Assembly: GCA_937912225.1 (NCBI GenBank)
Contig: CALDOJ010000036.1
Location: forward strand, 31,191 to 95,190
DNA length: 64,000 nucleotides
Source of the DNA: Candidatus Woesearchaeota archaeon
GTDB taxonomy: Archaea > Nanobdellota > Nanobdellia > Woesearchaeales > GCA-2686295
Direction of reading: 5' to 3'
Under the pieces are notes generated by a model. The model had not been told where the DNA came from, ran no database searches, and saw nothing but the letters and a program-made list of their open reading frames with translations. Of this stretch, positions 55,515 to 64,000 are shown one piece after another (positions within the stretch are counted from its first letter, which is position 1; every line of letters starts with the position of its first letter). A program made the translations under genes and the position numbers.

Positions 55515-56765
55515 ATGGCAAAAATAGCACAAGTTGCAGCAAAATATATTGTTCATGCAAACATAAATATAGAAGGAGTCGTAGATAAACCAGATGTAAT
55601 AGGCGCAATCTTCGGACAAACAGAAGGATTATTAGGAGCTGATTTAGAATTAAGAGAGCTTCAAAGATCAGGAAGAATTGGTAGAATTGAAGTAAACGTT
55701 GAAACTAAAGGCGGTAAAACAACAGGAGAAATAATAATTCCTAGTTCATTAGACAAAGCTGAAACAGCAATTGTTGGAGCAGCTTTAGAAATTATTCAAA
55801 GAATTGGTCCTTGTAACGCAAAGATCAAAGTTGAAGGCATTGAAGATATTAGAATTTCAAAGAGACAATTCGTTATCGAGAGAGCAAAAGAACTTTTAAA
55901 AAACTTAATGGATGGAGTATTACCAGATTCACAAGAATTAGCTGATGAAGTAGCTTATTCAGTAAGAATTATGGAAATACAAGAATATGGTAAAGAAAGA
56001 TTACCTGCAGGACCAGGCATTGAAGATAGCGAAGAAATAATTCTTGTTGAAGGAAGAGCAGATGTTTTAACTCTTTTAAAACACGGTTTTAAAAACGCGA
56101 TTGCTATGAACGGAACAAGTGTTCCACAAACAATTATAGAACTTTGTAAAACAAAAGAAATAACTGTTTTCGTTGATGGAGATAGAGGGGGAGATCTTAT
56201 TATAAAAGAACTTTTCAACGTAGCGGAAGTTGACTTTGTTACAAAAGCTCCTGACGGAAAAGAAGTAGAAGAATTAACACAAAAAGAAATCCATAAAGCT
56301 TTAAGAAGTAAAGTTGCAGCAGAACAAGCTAAACTAGAAACAAAAGTAGCTCCTTCTCAAACTAGAGAAAAACCTGCACCTGCAAAACCATTTGAAAGAC
56401 GAAATGAAAAATTTTCAAGACCAGTTGCAAGAACTGAAGAAAGTAAACCCGCAGCTAAAGTTGAGAAGAAAAAACTTTCTTCTAAAGAAAAAGAGTCTTT
56501 TAATGGAATGTTAGAAGACCTTATTGGAACAAGAGGCGCTTATGTTTTAGATGAGAGTCTTAATATTTTAGGAAAAGTTCCTGTTTCAGAACTTCAAAGT
56601 ACAATTAGAAGTTTAAGATCTGGAATTTATGCCGTTATCTTAGATGGAACAATTGAAAAAGACCTTGTAAGCATTGCTGAAAGAGCAAATGTTAATATTT
56701 TAGTAGCAATGGATTGCAAAGTTAAATCTACAAGAGTTCAAATATTTACAGGCGACGACTTGTAA
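55515..56765 (+). CDS. dnaG: Archaeal DnaG (Toprim) primase-like/exosome-associated protein
   Basis: AKYIVHANI..GVVDKPDVIGAIFGQTEGLLG, ILVEGRADV, VFVDGDRGGDLI. ATG 55515 follows GGAGGTCAT. Confidence 0.9.
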   Translation: MAKIAQVAAKYIVHANINIEGVVDKPDVIGAIFGQTEGLLGADLELRELQRSGRIGRIEVNVETKGGKTTGEIIIPSSLDKAETAIVGAALEIIQRIGPCNAKIKVEGIEDIRISKRQFVIERAKELLKNLMDGVLPDSQELADEVAYSVRIMEIQEYGKERLPAGPGIEDSEEIILVEGRADVLTLLKHGFKNAIAMNGTSVPQTIIELCKTKEITVFVDGDRGGDLIIKELFNVAEVDFVTKAPDGKEVEELTQKEIHKALRSKVAAEQAKLETKVAPSQTREKPAPAKPFERRNEKFSRPVARTEESKPAAKVEKKKLSSKEKESFNGMLEDLIGTRGAYVLDESLNILGKVPVSELQSTIRSLRSGIYAVILDGTIEKDLVSIAERANVNILVAMDCKVKSTRVQIFTGDDL

Positions 56766-56800
56766 ATGTTATTTTTTTCTTTTTATTTTAATATTCTATA

Positions 56801-57490
56801 ATGACTCAAACCAAAGAAGAATGGAAAGTTTTTAAAAACGTTTTCTCAGAATTTTCTTTAAGGAGCTTATTTAAACTTCAGACAGAAGGTCATTTTGAAG
56901 AATTGGTAAGCCCTATTATGATTGGTAAGGAAGCTAATGTTTTTTCTGCAATAACTAAGGAAGGCGACACCATCATTGTAAAAATTTATCGACTTGAAAA
57001 TTGTAATTTTAATAAGATGTATCAGTATATTAGAGCAGACCCTAGATTTGCAAAATTAAAAAGACAAAAACGTGATATTGTATTTGCTTGGACTCAAAGA
57101 GAATACAAAAATTTAATGGTCGCACGAGAAGCCATAAATGTTCCAACACCTATAACTTTTAAGAATAATATTTTAGTTATGGAAATGATTGGCGATCCAG
57201 CTCCAATGTTAAAAGATTGTAGACCTGATGATGCAGAAGATTTCTTAAAACAAGTTCTTGAAACTGTACAACTATTAAAAGAAAAAGGGTTAGTTCATGG
57301 AGACTTATCTGAATTTAACATCTTAAACGAAAATGAAAAACCAGTATTCATAGATTTCTCACAATCAACTCTTACAAAGACGCCTAATGCTAAGGATTTG
57401 TATGATCGAGACTTAGAAAACTTAAAAAGATTCTTTTCTAAACTAATTAAAAAGGACAGAATTGAAGAAATATTTAAAGAATTTTTTTAA
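56801..57490 (+). CDS. rio1: RIO-type serine protein kinase
   Basis: GKEANVF, IIVKIYR, LVHGDLSEFNIL, IDFSQS. Confidence 0.8.
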   Translation: MTQTKEEWKVFKNVFSEFSLRSLFKLQTEGHFEELVSPIMIGKEANVFSAITKEGDTIIVKIYRLENCNFNKMYQYIRADPRFAKLKRQKRDIVFAWTQREYKNLMVAREAINVPTPITFKNNILVMEMIGDPAPMLKDCRPDDAEDFLKQVLETVQLLKEKGLVHGDLSEFNILNENEKPVFIDFSQSTLTKTPNAKDLYDRDLENLKRFFSKLIKKDRIEEIFKEFF

Positions 57491-57525
57491 TAACATTTTT
57501 ATAGGAAGTTTTTTTCTAAACTTGT

Positions 57526-58068
57526 ATGGACGAGTATATTCATGAGATAAAAATTCCAAAGGCAAGAATCGCAGTACTTATAGGTACAAAAGGCGAAACT
57601 AAGAACGAATTAGAAGAATATACTAGAACTAGCATAGATGTTGATTCTAAAGAAGGAGAAGTTAAAATTAGTGGAACTGATCCTATTAAACTTTACGCTG
57701 TTAAAGAGATGATTCTTGCAATTAGTAGAGGGTTTAATCCTGATATTGCTAAATTATTATTAAAAGCAGATTATGTTATTGAAATTGTTTCATTAGCAGA
57801 GTTTTCTGACAAAAAAAATCAATTAGATAGAGTTCGTGGACGAGTAATTGGTAAAAAAGGAAAATCCAGAGCTACAATCGAAAACTTAACCGATACTTAT
57901 GTTTCTGTTTACGGGAAAACTATTTCTATTATTGGTGAATCTCATAAAGTAACTCTTGCAAGAAAAGCTGTTGAAAATTTATTAAAAGGCAGTACACATT
58001 CAGCAGTTTACAAATGGCTTGAAAAGAATCGTCAAAAAATGAAACAAGAAGAAATAACTGGTTTCTAA
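57526..58068 (+). CDS. KH-domain RNA-binding protein (Dim2/Pno1-like)
   Basis: Two KH-like GxxG segments (IGTKGETK, IGKKGKSR). Adjacent to the RIO kinase, as is typical in archaea. Confidence 0.7.
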   Translation: MDEYIHEIKIPKARIAVLIGTKGETKNELEEYTRTSIDVDSKEGEVKISGTDPIKLYAVKEMILAISRGFNPDIAKLLLKADYVIEIVSLAEFSDKKNQLDRVRGRVIGKKGKSRATIENLTDTYVSVYGKTISIIGESHKVTLARKAVENLLKGSTHSAVYKWLEKNRQKMKQEEITGF

Positions 58069-58550
58069 GCACTTAATAATTGAATATCTTTTGCTCTATA
58101 ACAAAAATCTTTTTCTTGATCATCATTTATTTTATCACATAAAAAATCTTTTTCAAAAAGAGTCACATAACAACCATACTTTTGTTCATCGCCAACAATA
58201 TTTTTACAACCACTTCCAAAAGCCATAGTTGATTCTTGAATTTCAGGTTGAATAACTAGAATATCTTTATTAACTAATTCTCTACTCAAATCTAATTTTG
58301 CAATTGCAAAATACATCATAGAAATAAATACTAATATTAAAAAGAACAATCCAACAACAATTGATATCTCATGTTTAGTTTTTTTTAAAGAACCTTTTTT
58401 TTGTTCTGCAAATATATAATCAACCGCTATATCAAAATCACCTGAAGAAGTTCCTCTTTTGACAAGATAGTCTCTTATTGTTTTTAAATCATAACCTGCC
58501 TTCATCTGATCCTGAATATAAGAAATAAGTTCCGAACTCACCATGTTCAA
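58065..58550 (-). CDS. Hypothetical single-pass membrane protein with Cys-rich ectodomain
   Basis: N-terminal helical module, TM ISIVVGLFFLILVFISMMYFAIA, and five Cys in the C-terminal ~55 residues. Confidence 0.4.
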   Translation of the reverse strand: MNMVSSELISYIQDQMKAGYDLKTIRDYLVKRGTSSGDFDIAVDYIFAEQKKGSLKKTKHEISIVVGLFFLILVFISMMYFAIAKLDLSRELVNKDILVIQPEIQESTMAFGSGCKNIVGDEQKYGCYVTLFEKDFLCDKINDDQEKDFCYRAKDIQLLSA

Positions 58551-58641
58551 TTAATTGCAGTAGTTATATTTAAATCTTTTTAACTAAAATCGAGTAGAAA
58601 GATTTATTAAGGAAAACTAAATTATCAAAATTGAAAAAAAT

Positions 58642-60429
58642 ATGACTGAAATAACACCGAGTCTAGATTCATTCAATAAGACTGAAGAAACACCAACCAA
58701 CGAATCTAGTGAACCAAAAAATAATTCTCCAATACAAAAACCAAAACAAACAACTACTGCTCACGAATTAGCTAAGAAGCAAAGAGATATTTCTATATCA
58801 GAATTTTTTGAAAAAAATAGACATTTACTTGGTTTTGATAATAAAAGAAAAGCACTTCTTACAACTGTTAAAGAAGCCGTAGATAATGCACTTGATGCAT
58901 GTGACGAATCAGGCATCTTACCCGAACTTGAAATTACAATGGTCGATATGGGTAATGACCGATTCAAAATTTCTATTGAAGATAATGGTCCTGGAATTGT
59001 TAAAGCTCAAATTCCTAAAATTTTCGCAAAATTATTGTATGGTTCTAAGTTTCATAGTTTGAAACAAAACCGAGGTCAACAAGGTATTGGTATTTCTGCA
59101 TCTGTTATGTATGGACAACTTACTACTGGTAAAGCTGCAAGAATTATTAGTAAAATTCATCCTAATGAACCAGCCCATTATTACGAATTAACAATTGATA
59201 CTCAAAAGAATAAACCAAAAATTGTCAAAGAAGAAACAAAAGAATGGTATAAAGAACATGGTACTAGAATTGAAATCGATCTTGAAGGTTCTTACCTTAA
59301 AGGCAATCAATCAGTTGATGAATATTTAAAACAAACTGCAATTATTAATCCTCACGCAACTATTACTTATGTTAATCCTAAATCTGAACAAATAATGTTT
59401 CCTAGAGCAACTGACGAGCTTCCAAAGCAATCTGCAGAAATCAAACCTCATCCTTATGGTATTGAACTTGGAATGCTTATTAAAATGTTAGAATGGAGCG
59501 AATGTAAAACTGTTAAAAAATTTTTACAAACAGAATTCTCAAGAGTTAGTAGTAGAAATGCTGATGATATTTTAGAACGGTCAGCTATTATTTCTAATAC
59601 TAAACCTAATAAAGTTAATAGAGAAATGGCTGAGCGAATAATGGAAGCAATTAAAAAAACTAAATTAATGGCTCCACCTACTGACTGTATTAGTCCAATT
59701 GGTTCAAACTTGCTTGAAAAAGGTCTTAGAAAAGAAGTTAATGCTGAATTTTATACTAGTATTACAAGACCACCTTCTGTTTATAGAGGTAATCCTTTTG
59801 TTATTGAAGCAGCTCTTGCTTATGGCGGATTAATTCCTAAAGAAGGTTCAATTCAAGTTTTAAGATATGCAAATAAAGTTCCACTCCTCTATCAACAAGG
59901 TGCTTGTGCAGTTACTCAATCAATTGCAAAAACTTCTTGGAGATCATATGGACTTACTCAATCTGGAAGTAATCTTCCTCAAGGTCCGGTTGTTATCTTA
60001 GTTCATATTGCATCTGTTTGGGTTCCTTTTACTAGCGAGGCTAAAGAAGCTATTGCTCATTATCCTGAAATTATTAAAGAAGTTAAACTTGCATTACAAG
60101 AAATTGGAAGAAATCTTTACAGGTATGTTGCAAAGAAACGAAAAGTTCATGATGAAATGAAAAAAAGAAGTTACATTGAAAGTTATATTCCTCATGTTTC
60201 TAGCGCTCTAAAAGAAATTCTTGAATTTTCAGATATTGAAGAACAAAATATTACTGAATTATTAGAAAAACTGCTTGAAAAGCATCGTGGTGAAATTGAC
60301 GAAATGGAATTTGATAAAAACAAAAATACTGATTATGATGAAGATTTTGCTAAAATTGGTAAAGAAGAGAAAAGTGAAGATGACGAAGATTTAGATAATG
60401 AAGATTCAGACGAGGAACAAGATGAATAA
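58642..60429 (+). CDS. top6B: DNA topoisomerase VI subunit B
   Basis: Bergerat-fold motifs TTVKEAVDNALDA, EDNGPGI, GQQGIGIS. Acidic C-terminal tail. Confidence 0.9.
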   Translation: MTEITPSLDSFNKTEETPTNESSEPKNNSPIQKPKQTTTAHELAKKQRDISISEFFEKNRHLLGFDNKRKALLTTVKEAVDNALDACDESGILPELEITMVDMGNDRFKISIEDNGPGIVKAQIPKIFAKLLYGSKFHSLKQNRGQQGIGISASVMYGQLTTGKAARIISKIHPNEPAHYYELTIDTQKNKPKIVKEETKEWYKEHGTRIEIDLEGSYLKGNQSVDEYLKQTAIINPHATITYVNPKSEQIMFPRATDELPKQSAEIKPHPYGIELGMLIKMLEWSECKTVKKFLQTEFSRVSSRNADDILERSAIISNTKPNKVNREMAERIMEAIKKTKLMAPPTDCISPIGSNLLEKGLRKEVNAEFYTSITRPPSVYRGNPFVIEAALAYGGLIPKEGSIQVLRYANKVPLLYQQGACAVTQSIAKTSWRSYGLTQSGSNLPQGPVVILVHIASVWVPFTSEAKEAIAHYPEIIKEVKLALQEIGRNLYRYVAKKRKVHDEMKKRSYIESYIPHVSSALKEILEFSDIEEQNITELLEKLLEKHRGEIDEMEFDKNKNTDYDEDFAKIGKEEKSEDDEDLDNEDSDEEQDE

Positions 60430-61507
60430 CCCAGTACTACAAAAAATACATGAAGAAGCTAAGAAAATTTTTGAAGCTATCAAAAAGAAAGAAAAACCTT
60501 CATTAGAATCCCCTGTTAGAAGTTTAAGTAATGTTAATTATGATGCCGATATTGGTTATTTTGAATTAAGTGGAAATATGAAAAAAAGAACTCTTGCAGC
60601 GTCAACTGTTAAAACTTTTGCTCAAACTTTAAGAATGATGGGTTTGTCAAAAGAGATCATTGAAAAAAATGATATTGCAACAAAAAGAGAAGCTTATTAT
60701 GTTAGTAAAAATTGGGGTGATTCAAGATTTAAAGAACAACCAGAATCAGATACTGTAATGGATGACATTGAAGCAATGTTTGAAGTTAATCGTGAACAAC
60801 TTGGTTTTATTCCTGAAGAAAAAGGCGGAGATATCGCTGGAAAACTCGTCGTAATTGATAAAGATCCTGATTCTGGTAAAGAAATAAGAATTGATTGTAC
60901 AAAATTCGGAAGTGGTGCTTATTCTATTCCTTCAAGTGTTGAAGAATTAAAATTTGAAACTAATGCTCAGTTTATTTTAGCTATTGAAACAGCCGGTATG
61001 TTTCAAAGGTTAGTAAAACATAATTATTGGAAAAAAGCTAATTGTATTCTTATTAGTATGGGTGGAGTTCCAACTCGTGCTTGTCGTAGATTTATTAGAA
61101 GACTTAGTGATAATGTTAATATTCCTGTATTTGTATTTACTGATGGTGATCCGTATGGATTTTTGAATATTTATCGAACTTTAAAAGTTGGTTCTGGTAA
61201 CGCAGCTCACATTAACAAATATTTTTGTGTTCCAAAAGCAAAATTTATTGGTATTACTCCTCAAGATATTATTGATTATAAATTGCCAAGTCATCCTTTA
61301 AAAGAAGTTGATATTAAAAGAATTAAAGACGGTATTAAAAACGATCCATTTGTTAAATATCATAAATCTTGGCAAAGAGCTTTAAAACAACAAATGCAAA
61401 TGAAGGTAAGAGCCGAGCAGCAAGCACTTGCAAAACACGGTTTAAACTTCGTAATTTCTAATTATTTGCCTGAGAAATTAAAAAATCCTGATTCTTGGCT
61501 TGATTAG
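60422..61507 (+). CDS. top6A: DNA topoisomerase VI subunit A (Spo11-like)
   Basis: REAYYV (catalytic Tyr context), Toprim LAIETAGMF and FTDGDPYG. ATG 60422 overlaps the top6B stop (ATGAATAA). Confidence 0.9.
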   Translation: MNNPVLQKIHEEAKKIFEAIKKKEKPSLESPVRSLSNVNYDADIGYFELSGNMKKRTLAASTVKTFAQTLRMMGLSKEIIEKNDIATKREAYYVSKNWGDSRFKEQPESDTVMDDIEAMFEVNREQLGFIPEEKGGDIAGKLVVIDKDPDSGKEIRIDCTKFGSGAYSIPSSVEELKFETNAQFILAIETAGMFQRLVKHNYWKKANCILISMGGVPTRACRRFIRRLSDNVNIPVFVFTDGDPYGFLNIYRTLKVGSGNAAHINKYFCVPKAKFIGITPQDIIDYKLPSHPLKEVDIKRIKDGIKNDPFVKYHKSWQRALKQQMQMKVRAEQQALAKHGLNFVISNYLPEKLKNPDSWLD

Positions 61508-61714
61508 GAAAACAATCTTCTACAGAGCAATGATTTTTAGTTCTAAAAGGTATTTAATAAGAATCGATTTTAGAAATCAATAGATTTTTAAAAATTATTA
61601 GAGTTTTAATATTAATGTTAATTACAAAAAATAATTTTTTAGAATTGTCAGAAATTAAAAATTTCTGCAATACAAAACTTTTTTTGTTATATCATAATTC
61701 TAAGGAGGAGAATT

Positions 61715-62377
61715 ATGCTTAAAACAGATTTACATTTACATGCAGGTGAAGATATTCATCATAAATTAAAATATTCTTCTAAAAAATTAATTGATTATGC
61801 TGCGAGTAAAGGTTTCAATGTCTTAAGTTTAACATTTCATGAACATGTTTATTTCAATAAAAAAATTGAATCTTATGCTAAGAAAAAAGGCATTCTGCTT
61901 ATTCCTGGTGTTGAGCGTTATATTGAAGATAAAGAAGTTCTTATTTACAATGTTACAAAGAAAGAGTATAAAAATTTGAATACTTTTGATGATTTACGAA
62001 AGTTAAAAAAACGAAAGAATATTTTGATTATTGCTCCTCATCCTTTCTTTCTAAGATCTAATTGTCTTGGCAAAAAACTTGAAGAGAATATCGATTTATT
62101 TGATGGAATTGAATACAGTCATTTTTATCTTTCTTGGTTTAATAGAAATAAAAAAGCTGTAAAAATTGCTATAAAATATAATAAAACTTTAATTGGAACT
62201 AGTGACGCTCATAACTTGCATCAAATGAATAGCACTTTTTCTTTAGTTAATTCAAATCCAACTATTAAAAGTTTTTTTAATGCTGTTAGAAATAATAAAA
62301 CACAACTTATAACAAAACCTATTTCTTTATCTCGTTTCTTGTGGAGATCTATTAAAGTAGTTCTTGACCTTGAATAG
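61715..62377 (+). CDS. PHP-domain phosphoesterase
   Basis: TDLHLHAGEDIHH, IIAPHPF, GTSDAHN. ATG follows AAGGAGGAG. Confidence 0.65.
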   Translation: MLKTDLHLHAGEDIHHKLKYSSKKLIDYAASKGFNVLSLTFHEHVYFNKKIESYAKKKGILLIPGVERYIEDKEVLIYNVTKKEYKNLNTFDDLRKLKKRKNILIIAPHPFFLRSNCLGKKLEENIDLFDGIEYSHFYLSWFNRNKKAVKIAIKYNKTLIGTSDAHNLHQMNSTFSLVNSNPTIKSFFNAVRNNKTQLITKPISLSRFLWRSIKVVLDLE

Positions 62378-62414
62378 CAATATTTAAATAATACTAAAGC
62401 TAATTTTCACTTAT

Positions 62415-63008
62415 ATGTCTATGGAACTATTGCGACCGGGAGATGAAAGAGATATTTTTGCTGCTAAGTATGAGGTTGAAAAGCAAGATGTCTTGAATTT
62501 TAAAAATTTCTACAAGCACATGCATGAATGGTTAGAAGACGAAGGATTTGTTGATCCTGAAGGTATGAAAGATAAATTTGAATCGTTTTATTTTGAAAAA
62601 TTAACAACTAGTGGTTTGAAAGAACATCGTATTTGGTGGAGATGTGTTTTTATTCCTGGAGAAAGTTCTTATGTTCGATACGTATTAAAAATTGATTTTC
62701 AAAACTTAGCCATGAAAGATACTGAAATAATGCATCATGGACAAAAATTTAAAACTAATTCTGTTGATGCAGTTGTTAGGGTTGAAGCTTGGGTTCAATT
62801 GGATTATCAAGATCAATGGCAAAAACATTGGTTTTTGAAACATTTTGATTCTTTTTTTAGAAGAAGAATTTTTCATGAACGATGGGAAGAGCATAAACGA
62901 GAACTTTACAAAAAAGCTTATAATTTTCAGAAACGAATGAAACAATTCTTAGAACAAAAAACTTATGAGCCTATGCCTAAGATTTTCAGACATAAAAGAG
63001 GAGTTTAA
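62415..63008 (+). CDS. Hypothetical Trp/His-rich protein
   Basis: 197-codon ORF. No family recognised. Confidence 0.4.
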   Translation: MSMELLRPGDERDIFAAKYEVEKQDVLNFKNFYKHMHEWLEDEGFVDPEGMKDKFESFYFEKLTTSGLKEHRIWWRCVFIPGESSYVRYVLKIDFQNLAMKDTEIMHHGQKFKTNSVDAVVRVEAWVQLDYQDQWQKHWFLKHFDSFFRRRIFHERWEEHKRELYKKAYNFQKRMKQFLEQKTYEPMPKIFRHKRGV

Positions 63009-63047
63009 GACCAAAAATTTTTATAAGTTTTAATTATCTCTTAATTT

Positions 63048-64000
63048 ATGAAAGAAATTATTAATTTTGTTCTTAAAAATCTCAATAAACAAAGTAATGG
63101 TGAAAATATTCCTGTTTTTAGCAATTCTAAATCAGAAGCAGTTAATATTTCTAGTGATAATTTTTGCGAGTTAAAAGAAAAATCTTCTAGTTTGAAAATC
63201 GGATTTGTTGATGGTGGTAACTCTGAATTAATTTGTGCTAATAATTTATCTTTACATTTTATTAGAATTGCAGGCGTTATTTATCAAAATAAAAAAAAGA
63301 TTTTAATTAAGAAAAAAGAATTTTATTGTTTATCTACATATGACAATAATAAATTTAAAACTAAAATTTTTCCAAATGAAACATTTAAAGAATTAACATT
63401 TGATAGTTTTGATTCTAGCATTAGAGAAGGTAAATCTAGAATTGATATTTCTAAAATTGGACAATTAGTTCGAAGACTTGCCGAATTAGAAATGAGTGCT
63501 AATTTAATTAAAGAATCTGATGCATTAGTAATTGATGGTTCTTTAGAGGAGAAATTTACTTTCGAAGAAGATTTCTTGAAAACTTTATTTTCCAAAGCTA
63601 AAGATAAAACTATTATTGGTTTTAATAAAACAAATTCGATTTTAACAACTAATGGTAGTTCAGTTAGTGCTATTCTTTCTAATATGAAAGAAGGTAGTTG
63701 GTTTTATCATCCTATTATAAAAAATCCTTCTAATTATGATTTATACTTTGTTAAATTAAATAATCATTCAAAACATTCATTTCGAATTGATGCTTATAAT
63801 AATCCTGTAAGTTTATTTTCTGAATTATCTAATATGAGCAAAGACCCTATTTTTGTTGGTTATCCTTATGGTTTAATTGAAGTTGATAGACTTGCAAGAA
63901 TTAGTAATAAAGAAGCTGAACTTTTAAAAACAAGATTGGCTGTTGAATTTAGTTCTGATTGGAAAGAAGTCAAGAAGTATTTAACGAGTAAGAATGCTCA
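63048..64000 (+). CDS. NurA-like nuclease (3' end off-window); absent from the supplied ORF track
   Basis: My own translation from ATG 63048 is open to the window end: IGFVDGGNSEL, LVIDGSLE, GYPYGLIEVDRLARISNKE resemble NurA catalytic and C-terminal motifs. The 63323..63595 minus ORF is its shadow. Confidence 0.55.
   Translation, partial: MKEIINFVLKNLNKQSNGENIPVFSNSKSEAVNISSDNFCELKEKSSSLKIGFVDGGNSELICANNLSLHFIRIAGVIYQNKKKILIKKKEFYCLSTYDNNKFKTKIFPNETFKELTFDSFDSSIREGKSRIDISKIGQLVRRLAELEMSANLIKESDALVIDGSLEEKFTFEEDFLKTLFSKAKDKTIIGFNKTNSILTTNGSSVSAILSNMKEGSWFYHPIIKNPSNYDLYFVKLNNHSKHSFRIDAYNNPVSLFSELSNMSKDPIFVGYPYGLIEVDRLARISNKEAELLKTRLAVEFSSDWKEVKKYLTSKNA

Noticed and set aside
63323-63595. 90-aa minus-strand ORF near the window end
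   Set aside because: It is antisense to the long open NurA-like reading frame that starts at 63048 and runs to the window edge.

Overview
AT-rich (about 30% GC by eye), densely coding archaeal chromosome segment with about 55 protein genes and 1 tRNA. I saw no rRNA, CRISPR array, transposase or integrase. Archaeal origin is supported by topoisomerase VI A/B, GatD/GatE, archaeal DnaG, CDP-archaeol synthase, Cdc48/VAT, a RIO kinase + KH-protein pair and an archaeal/eukaryal-type TrpRS. A small-genome (DPANN-like) host is only an inference from AT-richness, compact spacing and fragmentary pathways. Translation signals are mixed: many genes follow GGAGGTGAT-like Shine-Dalgarno motifs, and others sit about 23 nt after an AAATATTTATATA promoter core, which suggests leaderless mRNAs. 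The window has two parts. (1) 1-28.0 kb is an accessory envelope and signalling island. It holds sequon-rich surface proteins and a two-component/PAS/HAMP cluster with orphan solute-binding proteins. It also holds an RHH-led minus-strand operon (17.8-27.9 kb) linking giant surface proteins to a membrane HerA/FtsK-type ATPase and a repeated ~70-aa domain I cannot assign. This operon is my best candidate for an undescribed system. (2) 28-64 kb is mostly housekeeping: adk, truD, tRNA-Arg, an archaeal lipid head-group operon, ppdK, xth, gatDE, cdc48, trpB-trpS, dnaG, rio/KH, top6BA, and HerA-like and NurA-like genes. Notable oddities follow. An in-frame TAG splits one transmembrane segment between the 587-aa ectoprotein and the ATPase. 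cdc48 has no canonical start codon ahead of its N-domain. There is an unannotated 51-codon RHH gene. A Trp-codon mini-ORF leader built on a perfect 16-nt repeat lies upstream of a stand-alone trpB. Two GC-rich intergenic islands may be structured RNAs. A parvulin foldase is fused to a thioredoxin-like domain whose CxxC is SSQS. All functional calls come from reading motifs by eye; no searches were run.
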